This document shows positions 16,018 to 25,240 of a DNA stretch of 26,780 nucleotides, in pieces. Each line of letters starts with the position of its first letter. Position 1 is the stretch's first letter. The notes under the pieces were generated by a model. It saw nothing but the letters and a program-made list of their open reading frames with translations. It did not search any database and was not told where the DNA came from. Origin of the DNA: a virus (lineage: Duplodnaviria; Heunggongvirae; Uroviricota; Caudoviricetes); the IMG/VR virus record IMGVR_UViG_2713897161_000007; one strand, given 5' to 3'. The position numbers were made by a program, and so were the translations under genes.

Positions 16018-18861
16018 TCAATCTTTATCGTAAAAACTGCCACGCCCGGCACGGGCGCGCCGTTCCATTTCTGCCCTGACCATTTCACCGACCAGTTTCG
16101 CCAGTTCGCGGGGATTCTGCGTAACAACGTTATGCAGATGAACATGAATTTCACCGCCAAATCTGGAGACAGCAGGCTCCCGATTACGGGAAGCTGCAGG
16201 AACTGATGCCACTGGCGATCGTATGGCCTCCGCCACCGGGCGGGAGCTGGCCGCAACAACAGGGACCAGCGCCGGAGGCAGCGGAGCCGGGACTACGGGT
16301 GTGATATTAATTGCGGGGGCAGGCTTACTGACCTGCGCAATCTTCCGCTCCTGCCACTCCCCACGAACAGCAAGTGCGCGGGGCAGGTTCTTAAAGACAA
16401 TATCGCCAGGGCCAATGCGTTTTTTCGTCTCATCAACCAGCTTACCTGTGTTATCAGCAATTTTGCTGAGTCTGCGTAGCGTCCCGGTATTGCTGTCTGT
16501 GAGCGGTTTGTTGTCTTTGGGTTTATCACCTCCGGTGCCATTGCCATTTTCCACAGGCTTCGGCGGATTGATTTTCGCCAGGTCCCCCTGAAGTAAGGCA
16601 ACCTTATCCTGAAGAATGGCCGCACGCTGTGCGTCTTCGATTTTCTTGCGCGCCCTTTCCGCTTCATCCGGAAGGACGCCAAGTTTTTCAAGTATCCACG
16701 CCAGCGTATCCAGTAGCATTTTTGCAGGTGTCAGAACAAGTTGTAACGCACCGCCAAGAACGTTACCGAATATCTCGCCAGCACTGGTACATTTATCCAG
16801 CGTTTCCTTGCTGGACTCCATCGGTGACAGCAGCGATTTAAACCAGTTAAACACCTGGCTGATCCCGCTTCCGATTGCGTCAAAAACAGGGCCAAACCGT
16901 TCAAAGGTTTCACGCAACGGGTTCAGCCTTTCCATAATCCCGCTGAACACCCCGGCAAAAAATGCCCTGATGGGATCCCAGTATTTCCAGATAAGGACGG
17001 CAGCTCCGGCAAGCGCAGCCACGATAAGACCAACCGGACTGAACAGCGCCCCGATAGCGCCTCCCAGTAAAGAAACGGAACCCGTCACCATTCCCCATAG
17101 TGCTGGCAGGACCCTGACAGCATTCATTGATCCGGTCAGGAGAGAAAAACCAAGACGCAGTTTTGCCAGCGGACCAGCAAGCACACCAATAGCCAGCGAC
17201 AACGAGCCAACCGTTGCAGTCATTGCCAGCAACGCACCGCCTGCTATCAGTAGCTGGCGCGTCAGTGCCGGATGGGCCTGCGCCAGCGCCGTCACCCTTG
17301 ATACCACCCGCGTGAGCCACTGCGTGACAGAACGCAGCGGACCGTCAATCAGATCTGCAATGCGGATGCGCAACCCTTCCCATGCACTGCCGAGTGATTT
17401 CAGATCGCCGTCAAGGTTGTTGGCCATAACCTTTGCTGTGCGTTCAGCCTCACCGCGCGCGCCTTCAAGTTCTTTTCTCAGTTTGGGTAAGGAACCGTCA
17501 CCCACTGCATCAACGAGCGCCATAAACGATGTGAAAGCCTCTTCTCCGGCAATGTCCTTAAAGAACGATACCCGGTCAACTTCCCCGTATTTGCGGGTGG
17601 CTTTATAAAGGTCGGCCAGCACATCCTCCATCGGGCGCATTTTACCCCCGGCATCCGAGACGGACACGCCCAGCTCTTTCAGAGCTTCTGCCGCCGCCTT
17701 TGGCGGTGATGCCAGACGAGCCAGGCTGGCACGCATTGCCGTCCCGGCATCACTCCCTCTGATGCCCATATTCGCCAGCACACCAGCCATCGCTGCGGCC
17801 TGCTCCAGCGATATTCCCAGCTTACCCGCCACCGGACCTGCATATTTCATGGTTTCGCCCAGTGCGCGAAGGTCAGTGTTGGTACGGGTAAACGCTGCGG
17901 TGAGTGTGTCACCGACCCGGTCCATCTGGTCAGCAGAAAGGCCGAACTGCGTCAGGATATTTGAGCCAATATCTGCCGTCTCGCCGAGATCCATACCGCC
18001 AGCCGTTGCCATGCTCAGCACTCCGGGAAGCGCAGCCTGAATGGCCTGCGGTGTGAAGCCTGCCATTGCAAGAAATGCCTGCCCACTGGCGGCATCGCCT
18101 GCGGTGAACTGCGTTTCAGAGCCAAGTTTTAACGCCTGCTCACGCAGCGCCTTAAACTGCGGGCTGTTCTGGTCGATTCGCGTCAGCGCCTGAACGCGGG
18201 ACATCTCTTTGCCGAACCCGATCGCGGGCTGCAAAAAACGCCCGGCAGCATAGCCGCCCGCCGCTGCCGCACCAATTGCCAGCGCACCACCTGTTTTCAG
18301 TTTTCCCGCGGTTTCCTGCGCGCGCGAATACCACTCACGCGCCCGCGTTACACGCGCAAGCGCCTGCCGTTCGCGTTCAAGCTGGTTGTTGTACTGTTCG
18401 GTGCGTCTGATGGCCTGCTGGATGGTGTTATCGCTGCCTGTCAGGGAAATGCCGTGGCGTTTCAGCTCTCCGCCAAGCTCCCGCATTTTCTGAATTTCCC
18501 GTGTGCGCGATTCATTCAGGCGTTCAAGCCGGGTGCTTAACTGCTGCATCAGCTTTTGTTGTTTTTCGCTGAGCACTGTACCCGTGCGTTGTAACTGATT
18601 AAGGGCGTTAAGCTGGCGTCGTGCTTTCACGATACCCGCATCCGCTTTACTGACAGCGTCGCGGGCGCGCTCAAATGAACGAGCCTGACGCTCGAGATTT
18701 TTAATCGCCCCCTGCGTTCGCTGGATGGAGTCACCAAACTGCCCCATCAGGCGGCGGGCGTTTTCGGCAGGCCGGGTCAGCCTGTCAACGGCGCTGAAAG
18801 CGACCCGGATATCAAGAGTCTTCATTGTCTGCATTCCCGCTGCGAAGTGCCGCCCGCTCAC
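16018..18861 (-). CDS. T: Tail tape measure protein, P2 gpT homologue
   Basis: 947-aa ORF, coiled-coil-rich N-half and hydrophobic Gly/Ala-rich central segments. Start is GTG at 18861 or ATG at 18834/18825. Confidence 0.9.
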   Translation of the reverse strand: MSGRHFAAGMQTMKTLDIRVAFSAVDRLTRPAENARRLMGQFGDSIQRTQGAIKNLERQARSFERARDAVSKADAGIVKARRQLNALNQLQRTGTVLSEKQQKLMQQLSTRLERLNESRTREIQKMRELGGELKRHGISLTGSDNTIQQAIRRTEQYNNQLERERQALARVTRAREWYSRAQETAGKLKTGGALAIGAAAAGGYAAGRFLQPAIGFGKEMSRVQALTRIDQNSPQFKALREQALKLGSETQFTAGDAASGQAFLAMAGFTPQAIQAALPGVLSMATAGGMDLGETADIGSNILTQFGLSADQMDRVGDTLTAAFTRTNTDLRALGETMKYAGPVAGKLGISLEQAAAMAGVLANMGIRGSDAGTAMRASLARLASPPKAAAEALKELGVSVSDAGGKMRPMEDVLADLYKATRKYGEVDRVSFFKDIAGEEAFTSFMALVDAVGDGSLPKLRKELEGARGEAERTAKVMANNLDGDLKSLGSAWEGLRIRIADLIDGPLRSVTQWLTRVVSRVTALAQAHPALTRQLLIAGGALLAMTATVGSLSLAIGVLAGPLAKLRLGFSLLTGSMNAVRVLPALWGMVTGSVSLLGGAIGALFSPVGLIVAALAGAAVLIWKYWDPIRAFFAGVFSGIMERLNPLRETFERFGPVFDAIGSGISQVFNWFKSLLSPMESSKETLDKCTSAGEIFGNVLGGALQLVLTPAKMLLDTLAWILEKLGVLPDEAERARKKIEDAQRAAILQDKVALLQGDLAKINPPKPVENGNGTGGDKPKDNKPLTDSNTGTLRRLSKIADNTGKLVDETKKRIGPGDIVFKNLPRALAVRGEWQERKIAQVSKPAPAINITPVVPAPLPPALVPVVAASSRPVAEAIRSPVASVPAASRNREPAVSRFGGEIHVHLHNVVTQNPRELAKLVGEMVRAEMERRARAGRGSFYDKD

Positions 18862-19341
18862 GCCAGCTAACCACTTCGCCGGGCGTCATCATGAAGATTT
18901 CGGCGGGCGACCAGTTAAAAATAACGGCAATATCTGCCACAAAGTCTTCTATGTGCTCAAAGCACACAACCGTGATCAGGCTTCCGTCGCCTGTTCGTTC
19001 TTCCCGCCAGAGTCCGCACCGCTCAAAAAATTTACGGCAACCACACATAACTGAATAAAGTCACGGGATGCCATTTTTTTGATCGTCACTTCATCCAGTC
19101 GCGGTGATGTCACGCGTGACAGCAGCGTAAACATGGATTCCGCTTTCAGATTCAGCACATCAGACAGCGACAAATCTCGCAGAGATCCAGCCTGCTCAAT
19201 AGCCCCGGTGATCTCCACATACGTGATTTTTTCGCCGCCTCGCTCAATTGGTTGGGTAAGTTTTACACCACGCTCACTGGTTTCTTTCACAGTGTCAGCA
19301 ACTACCGTGTTTTCGGTATCGATGTTTTTCGTCTCTTTCAT
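18812..19341 (-). CDS. E+E' fusion product made by programmed -1 frameshift; E' portion reads ...FFERCGLWREERTG... and ends at 18812, overlapping the T start
   Basis: The -1 frame is open from the slippery site to 18812 and closed just upstream (stop at 19061-19063). Same architecture as the P2 E/E' frameshift. Confidence 0.7.
18976..19341 (-). CDS. E: Tail assembly chaperone, P2 gpE homologue
   Basis: 121-aa ORF with AGGAG RBS; contains slippery heptamer T_TTT_TTG near its 3' end. Confidence 0.75.
   Translation of the reverse strand: MKETKNIDTENTVVADTVKETSERGVKLTQPIERGGEKITYVEITGAIEQAGSLRDLSLSDVLNLKAESMFTLLSRVTSPRLDEVTIKKMASRDFIQLCVVAVNFLSGADSGGKNEQATEA
19024..19030 (-). promoter_or_regulatory. 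Slippery heptamer T_TTT_TTG for the E/E' -1 frameshift
   Basis: Plus-strand CAAAAAA at 19024-19030; in the E frame the codons read AAT TTT TTG AGC (N F L S). Confidence 0.7.
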
Positions 19342-19395
19342 CAGGAAACTCCTTTCAGTCAGAGGCGACGCACTGCGCCGCCTGCATATTACTTA

Positions 19396-19908
19396 TCAGC
19401 CAAGCCCGAGCGCGGAACGGATGCGATCGGGCACAATGTCCTTGCCGTCCTTCCGGTAAATGAAGTTCAGCAGGTCAATCTCCCACAACGGGCGATCGTT
19501 AACACTCAGCTTGTAGTAGGTGTTTTTAATGGCGTAAGTGTGTGATGTGGCTTCGCCCTGTTTGGCTTCCCCCATATCAATTTCCGTCACACGTCCGCGC
19601 ATTTCGACTTCATACAGGTCGCTTTCTGCATCGGTGTAATATTCACCCGCAAAACGCAGCAGCGTGCCGTCAATCGTGCCGCCATACTTAAGGAACAGCT
19701 CACGAACTGCGCCCCCCATGACAAAGCTCGCATCAAGCGCGGAGTCGTCCAGACCGAGATCAATACTTACCGCACCCATCATGCCACCACCCCGGTAGCT
19801 GTCGGTTTTGCGCGTCAGCTTAGGCAGAGTGACGGACGTCACCTTACCCACTTCGTTTTCACCATCCACAAACAGCGTAAAAAAGCGAAGATGTTTTGGT
19901 ACAGCCAT
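19396..19908 (-). CDS. FII: Tail tube protein, P2 gpFII homologue
   Basis: 170-aa ORF immediately downstream of the sheath gene; length and position match gpFII. Confidence 0.9.
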   Translation of the reverse strand: MAVPKHLRFFTLFVDGENEVGKVTSVTLPKLTRKTDSYRGGGMMGAVSIDLGLDDSALDASFVMGGAVRELFLKYGGTIDGTLLRFAGEYYTDAESDLYEVEMRGRVTEIDMGEAKQGEATSHTYAIKNTYYKLSVNDRPLWEIDLLNFIYRKDGKDIVPDRIRSALGLG

Positions 19909-21092
19909 CAGGCACCTCCCAGCACCGCAAATGCGGGTTCAAAGTATTCATCAGTAAACGTCTGGTAAAGCTCCATGTCTTCCAGTGGCGGAACGGGCGT
20001 ATATTTGTAGCGAATACGCACACGCCCCTGACGTAAATCCGTGGTGCTGTTATCCACCACGTCATACCAGCACTCCGCGCCAATCAGTTTCCCGGCAGTA
20101 ACCAGCGAATCCAGTTTTGCCCTGATGGCACTGATAACATCCTTCACGTTCGCAGGCGTCAGTGGACTGTCGATGGTTTCAAACTGCGCTTCCGCAATTG
20201 AATCAGCCAGCACCTGTGCGGTTCGGGTATACACCTCAAAGATGTAGGCGTTCGTTTCCGGTGTGCGGTTGCCCCAGAAGCGGAACCCGTTGCGACGAAT
20301 AATGGTCGTGATTTCTTTGTTGTTGAGGCTGTTGGCATCACTGTCTTCGGCCTGCAACGACCAGAAAACATGCCTGGACATCCCCAGCACATTTTTAACA
20401 GGAACGTTGGACAGCGATTTGTGCCAGCCCTGCTCATGGTCAATGTACGCACGAAGGCCGCACGCATAGGCAGGCGCGGGGAACGTTTCGTTTTTGCCAC
20501 TTTTCGGGTTGTAGGCGATGAAGTCCGGCCATAAGAGCATCACCTCACGTTCGTTGAATTTCTGGCGGTAGGTAATTGCCTCAGCCATCGTGTTACAGTC
20601 ATGACATGAGGCATACACAAACGCGCGCAGTTTACCCGCAATCACGCACAGGGATTTTGTCACCGCCTCCGTGTCCAGCTCCGGCGCGGCCAGAATACGC
20701 GGACGGTATCCGATGCTTTCATCCTGCTCTGCAACAAGCAGCGCATACATCCCCGTATAGCTGCCGTCAGATTCAGAACCACCGATAACCAGTTGATCCT
20801 GCGTCTTACCGCCTTCTTCTTTGTGTTCAGCCACGCGAACGACGATCACTTTTGTGCTCACCTGGTCTGCAATAGCCTTAAGCGCACGATAAAGCGTCCC
20901 CGTAGTCCCGCATTTTCCCAGCACGTCATTGACGCGGGTCAGCAGTGTGGGCTTGTTCAGCGGGAACAGCTCCGCGTCCGCATCATCCGCCGTTGCCACG
21001 ATACCGATAACACTGGAATCAACATCATTAATCGCTGTTACCAGGTCGGTACTTTCCGTAACACGGGCACCATGAAAACGAGTTTCACTCAT
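19908..21092 (-). CDS. FI: Contractile tail sheath protein, P2 gpFI homologue
   Basis: 394-aa ORF. Motifs match gpFI: FPLNKP, YRQ.F..RE, WPDF, GWHK.LSNV, IRR.GFRFWGNRT, YTPVPPLE. Confidence 0.9.
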   Translation of the reverse strand: MSETRFHGARVTESTDLVTAINDVDSSVIGIVATADDADAELFPLNKPTLLTRVNDVLGKCGTTGTLYRALKAIADQVSTKVIVVRVAEHKEEGGKTQDQLVIGGSESDGSYTGMYALLVAEQDESIGYRPRILAAPELDTEAVTKSLCVIAGKLRAFVYASCHDCNTMAEAITYRQKFNEREVMLLWPDFIAYNPKSGKNETFPAPAYACGLRAYIDHEQGWHKSLSNVPVKNVLGMSRHVFWSLQAEDSDANSLNNKEITTIIRRNGFRFWGNRTPETNAYIFEVYTRTAQVLADSIAEAQFETIDSPLTPANVKDVISAIRAKLDSLVTAGKLIGAECWYDVVDNSTTDLRQGRVRIRYKYTPVPPLEDMELYQTFTDEYFEPAFAVLGGA

Positions 21093-21249
21093 AGCTTCAG
21101 CCCCTTGTATCCGTTAAATGATTCGGCAACAATCATCACCCACCACGCGCGTAATCTCACCCCTGCGCCGTTCTCCCGCCACGGCGACAACAAAAAGCAG
21201 TAACCCCCTATGCACGCACATGCGACCATGCCGCACAGGGAGGGAACAG

Positions 21250-22350
21250 ATGACCGATACCACCATGCAATTGCTCAGTCAGAGCACAGACCCCGTGAAA
21301 ATGCCGGATTTTGATATTCTCGCGGAGGGGGAAACACTGTCCGGCGTGGCAGAGCGCCTGATGAGCCTGTCACTGACCGACAACCGGGGATTTGAAGCGG
21401 ACCTGCTCACCATCACGCTGGATGATGCGGATGGTCAGTTGCAGCTACCGCCACGGGGCGCGCGCCTGACGGTTCTCATTGGCTGGAAAGGAGAACCGCT
21501 GACAGAAAAAGGCACTTACATTGTTGATGAAATCGCTCACGAAGGACCGCCGGACAGGCTGACTGTTTCAGCCAGAAGCGCAGATTTTCGGGATGAATTT
21601 AACGTTAAACGTGAGGTGTCCTGGCATGATGTGACCGTTGAGCGCGTGGTATCCGCCATCGCTCATCGGTACGGTCTGAAACCACAAATCAGCGAAATGC
21701 TGATGGATATTGAAATCGACCACGCCGACCAGACCGAAGAAAGCGACATGTCCTTCCTTACGCGCATGGCGGAAATGCTGGGCGCAATCACTACGGTAAA
21801 AAGCAGTAATCTGTTATTCATCATGCCAGGCGGTGGCGTGAACGCACAGGGCCAGCCGTTGCCATCGTTCGCCATCACGCGCAGCAGTGGCGATCGCCAT
21901 CAGTTCCGCATTGCTGACCGCGAAGCGTATACGGGGGTACGTGCTTACTGGCTTGATCTTAATTACGGGAAAAAGAAAAAAGTCAGCGTGAAACGCCGCA
22001 AACCGAAAAAGGAGAAAAGCAGCAGCCGTGAAGGTGACTATATGGAAGGTGCGGAAGGCAACGTGTTTGTGTTACGCAAGACTTATCAGAACGAGCAGGC
22101 AGCAAGACGTGCAGCGGCGGCAAAGTGGCAGCAGCTACAACGCGGAGCCGCATCATTCTCCATCACGCTGGCGCGTGGACGCGCAGAACTCTATCCCGAA
22201 ATGCATGGCACGGTGACAGGCTTCAAAAGTGACATCGATAATCAGGACTGGATTATTGCAAAAGCCGAGCACACCATTGATAACAGCGGCTTTACCACAC
22301 AGCTTGAGCTTGAAGCAAAAATCCCGGAATGGATAGCAGAAACAGAATGA
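21250..22350 (+). CDS. D: Tail protein, P2 gpD homologue
   Basis: ATG at 21250 preceded by GGGAGGGAA. Motifs LTLTDNRGFEAD, DRLT.SARSADFR, ESWHD, EGDYMEG, AKW..LQRG, NSGFTT.LELE match gpD. Confidence 0.85.
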   Translation: MTDTTMQLLSQSTDPVKMPDFDILAEGETLSGVAERLMSLSLTDNRGFEADLLTITLDDADGQLQLPPRGARLTVLIGWKGEPLTEKGTYIVDEIAHEGPPDRLTVSARSADFRDEFNVKREVSWHDVTVERVVSAIAHRYGLKPQISEMLMDIEIDHADQTEESDMSFLTRMAEMLGAITTVKSSNLLFIMPGGGVNAQGQPLPSFAITRSSGDRHQFRIADREAYTGVRAYWLDLNYGKKKKVSVKRRKPKKEKSSSREGDYMEGAEGNVFVLRKTYQNEQAARRAAAAKWQQLQRGAASFSITLARGRAELYPEMHGTVTGFKSDIDNQDWIIAKAEHTIDNSGFTTQLELEAKIPEWIAETE

Positions 22351-22749
22351 GCAAATTAGATGTATTGACTCAAACCAGAACTGACACACTCACAGCACAG
22401 TGCCAGACCCAATCTGGCAGCCCGCTTTGTGCCTAGAGCAGGTGTTGCTTATGTAACAGTTAATCCACGGATAGTGGTCATGAATGCTGGTTGAAGTTGT
22501 ATTGCCATGAGTGGTCAATTAGGGACTCACTTATTATCGCGTGCTCACCATTGATGGGTAAGATCATGCATTTCGGCTACTGTACTTCGCGAATCCTCCG
22601 CACACAGGCAACACCTGATTTAAGAACAGAGGGAGATGATGACGCAAGGAAGATTTATTATCGTGCATGTGGCAGATGATCTTTTAGCTGCCGGAGTGAT
22701 AAATTACACCTATTTTCGATAAGTGTTTTTGTTATAGAACATTAATTTC

Positions 22750-23889
22750 GTGGGAAACAATAAAGTGAAATTAGGAAGAAATGATAAGTGCTGGTGTAAT
22801 TCAGGACTTAAGTATAAAAAGTGCCATCTTGGTCGAGATCGTGAAACTCCGGTATCCAAAGCCGAGGCACTGAAATTTTCAAAGTCTCTCTCGCAGAGAA
22901 AGGCATGTTATGCGCCAGCATCCATGCACGAAGATTGTGATAAACGCATCGTTCAGGCGCATACGATATCTAAGAGCAGTAGCCTTAAGGCGATCGCCGA
23001 CTCCAGCAATCACGTCATGGGGGTGATAATGAACTTAGCAAGCCTGATGAGAAACAACGGAAAATGGCTTCCCGAGAAGATCGGTATCAATCAGGCATCC
23101 ACTTTTACAGGATTTTGTGCAGTTCATGACAGAATCTTATTTTCATGCCTAGAGAACGAAAAATTTACAGGCACGGACGAGCAGTGCTTTGCCTTAATGT
23201 TTCGTTCATTGTCTAAAGAAATTTATGCCAAAGAAGGGGGAGTGCTATCTTCTGATTTTGCTAAAAATGCCGATAAAGGAAAGCTACAAGTTGAACAGTA
23301 TTATATTCAGAAATTAATCGACCAGCACCAAAGTGGCTTAAATGCAGCAATAATTGAATTAAATAATCTTAAAACTAGCCTCGACCGCATCCTACTTAGC
23401 AGGCAATTTTCAGAAATTGAAAGTGTTATCTTCACTTTTGCAGAGCCTTTACCAATTGTAGTTTCGTCAATTCTTTCACCGGAGAGGGATTTCGATGGGA
23501 CCAAAATTCAGGATTTGAGCGATCTTACAGTGTCGGCGGAACAAGTATGTTTCAATGCTTTTTCCTGCGGAGGTAAGGGATATGTAGTGTTCAGTTGGCT
23601 GAGAACTTCAACAATTATCAGACGTTTTATACGGACACTAATTAAGATCCCAGCTAACAGGATGTTCAATACCCTTCTGTATTTTTTCTTCACAAAGGCC
23701 GAAAATACATATTCATCCCCTGAGTGGTGGGACAGGCTCAGTGATAAACAGCGAGAGAATATCGGCAACATGATTATGTCAGGGGTTGAATTTTTTGGCA
23801 TACCTACATCACAGGTTGATCATTCCGTTGATTATAACGCCGCTGCACTTGAAGAGATAACATGCAGCAACAACGAAATTTGCAGCTGA
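22750..23889 (+). CDS. SEC-C-motif protein of unknown function (N-terminal zinc-binding motif plus ~350-aa uncharacterised domain); cargo between D and ogr
   Basis: 379-aa ORF with GTG start. N-terminal LGRNDKCWCNSGLKYKKCH matches the SEC-C metal-binding motif. AT-rich, preceded by ~400 bp AT-rich non-coding DNA. Confidence 0.7.
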   Translation: MGNNKVKLGRNDKCWCNSGLKYKKCHLGRDRETPVSKAEALKFSKSLSQRKACYAPASMHEDCDKRIVQAHTISKSSSLKAIADSSNHVMGVIMNLASLMRNNGKWLPEKIGINQASTFTGFCAVHDRILFSCLENEKFTGTDEQCFALMFRSLSKEIYAKEGGVLSSDFAKNADKGKLQVEQYYIQKLIDQHQSGLNAAIIELNNLKTSLDRILLSRQFSEIESVIFTFAEPLPIVVSSILSPERDFDGTKIQDLSDLTVSAEQVCFNAFSCGGKGYVVFSWLRTSTIIRRFIRTLIKIPANRMFNTLLYFFFTKAENTYSSPEWWDRLSDKQRENIGNMIMSGVEFFGIPTSQVDHSVDYNAAALEEITCSNNEICS

Positions 23890-24178
23890 ATGTTTACATG
23901 CTGTTAGAAAAAGCGGGCTGAACAATCATTTCGGGATTGTAACAGATAAGATGGCACTGCCCGCTTGCTTCCCGATATGCACCTCAGCCAATAAACTTAT
24001 GTAAGCAACCGATTTCCATTTATGCGGAGGTTATCAAAGTTGTTGGAGTTGCGAACTTCCGCTCTTCGCACAAAGCGTACCGCTAGGTTTGATTGTATTC
24101 TGGCTGCGCAAACTGTCAGTTGGAGTCTGAGCTATTACAACTTAGAATAGCGGCAGCACCACGTTAAGGGAGGTCGCT

Positions 24179-24439
24179 ATGTTCCGTTGTCCGCTTTGTG
24201 GCGCATCTGCCCGAATCCGCACCAGTCGTCCGGAAAACGATTCAAACACTGTGCGGCAAAAGTATTACCAGTGTAACAACCTGGAATGCGGCGTATGCTT
24301 CTCAACACTGGAAGCTTTCCATAAATTCACATCAAAACACGCCTCCGGCGTTCACTCTTCGGAAGGTATCCCGTGGCATGAGCTGCCAGCTTCACACAGG
24401 GGAAACAATCAGATGAGTTTGCCTTTACCTCAGAATTAA
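24179..24439 (+). CDS. ogr: Ogr/Delta-family zinc-finger late-gene activator
   Basis: MFRCPLCGASARIRTSR...YYQCNNLECGVCFST matches the P2 Ogr zinc-finger pattern. GGGAGG RBS 6 nt upstream. Confidence 0.85.
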   Translation: MFRCPLCGASARIRTSRPENDSNTVRQKYYQCNNLECGVCFSTLEAFHKFTSKHASGVHSSEGIPWHELPASHRGNNQMSLPLPQN

Positions 24440-24629
24440 CAGGCAGAATTGCCGGAGTAACAAAAAAACGATAGATTACCCGCGGGTGCCTTTCGGCTGA
24501 TGGTCGGAGGAATACCCGAAGGCCGGATGTGGAAAGACCCCGGAAAACATTTCTGTTTAACCGAGGCCCTAACATATCTACCTTAAGCAAGTGATAGGTT
24601 AGCGCCTCTCCAACAAAGGAGCAAGCGCT

Positions 24630-24770
24630 ATGTCGCAAAAATCGCTTACAGCCATCACGTTCTGCGTGACGGTAATCCTCATCATCTGGATGCTACACGG
24701 TTCGCTGTGTGAAATACGGATGAGCTTCTGGGGAGCGGAGTTTGCGGCGTTCTTACAGTGTAAGCAGTAA
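24630..24770 (+). CDS. hok: Hok/Gef-family small membrane toxin (type I toxin-antitoxin toxin)
   Basis: 46-aa ORF MSQKSLTAITFCVTVILIIWMLHGSLCEIRMSFWGAEFAAFLQCKQ. Hydrophobic N-half plus SLCEIR and E[FV]AAF motifs of Hok. AAGGAG RBS. Not in the ORF track (short). Confidence 0.75.
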   Translation: MSQKSLTAITFCVTVILIIWMLHGSLCEIRMSFWGAEFAAFLQCKQ

Positions 24771-24856
24771 GGAAACCGCGACGGGGGAGCAATCCCCCGT
24801 CAATCGGTTGCTAAGGTTGGCTGAAGTGGCACCCTATCTCACAGACATGAACAACA

Positions 24857-24890
24857 AACCCGCAGCGTAAGAACTGCGGGTTTTCTTTTT
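24857..24890 (+). terminator. Rho-independent terminator downstream of hok
   Basis: Stem AACCCGCAG/CTGCGGGTT with loop, then TTTTCTTTTT. Confidence 0.7.
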
Positions 24891-24958
24891 GGAACAATCA
24901 CTAGCTAGTGTACCGTTAACGGCACATAATGCTCGCACAACAAACCTGTTAAAAGAGA

Positions 24959-25240
24959 TTACTCAGCATTCTCCTGCTTCCATTGCCGGATCATTTCATC
25001 GGTAACATCACCCTCATAACATACCACGTCATACCCTCCATTACGGCTATATGCACTGCGTCCACCACATCTACTACCATTCCTTGCATGATTATAAGGA
25101 CACGCACAATTGCCTGGATAAGATTCAATGGATTCTTTAATTATTTCTTTTTTGATCTGAGCATCAGACTTTCCTGTTGCTGCATATCCACTAAAAGATA
25201 CTAAACAAAGGCAGATTGCCATTAATAAACCACATCGCAT
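24959..25240 (-). CDS. Small secreted Cys-rich protein of unknown function
   Basis: Longest ORF is 24959-25354, but a signal-peptide-like segment (MRCGLLMAICLCLVSFSGYAA) begins at the internal ATG at 25240. No convincing SD at any start. Confidence 0.45.
   Translation of the reverse strand: MRCGLLMAICLCLVSFSGYAATGKSDAQIKKEIIKESIESYPGNCACPYNHARNGSRCGGRSAYSRNGGYDVVCYEGDVTDEMIRQWKQENAE

Larger units (their letters stand above)
1..24439. mobile_element. Defective P2-family prophage (integrase through ogr); left att site lies outside the window, right boundary somewhere in 24440-25778
   Basis: Contiguous P2-like genes in P2 prophage order (int, repressor, A, Q, P, O, tail genes, D, ogr). Abuts a chromosomal tRNA cluster and pgsA. 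Boundaries inferred, not seen. Confidence 0.75.

Noticed and set aside
16223-17608. Plus-strand ORFs of 122 and 330 aa (16223-16591, 16616-17608)
   Set aside because: Antisense to the tape measure gene T; low-complexity Ser/Ala/Pro-rich translations with no start signals.
22491-22679. 62-aa ORF in the AT-rich region upstream of the SEC-C gene
   Set aside because: No Shine-Dalgarno sequence and no recognisable features. More likely part of the promoter/leader region of the downstream gene.
24500-24589. 29-codon ORF upstream of hok as a possible mok analogue
   Set aside because: It terminates about 40 nt before the hok start codon and does not overlap it, unlike genuine mok frames.
24327-24638. 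103-aa minus-strand ORF
   Set aside because: Overlaps ogr and the hok upstream region on the opposite strand; no RBS and no recognisable domain.
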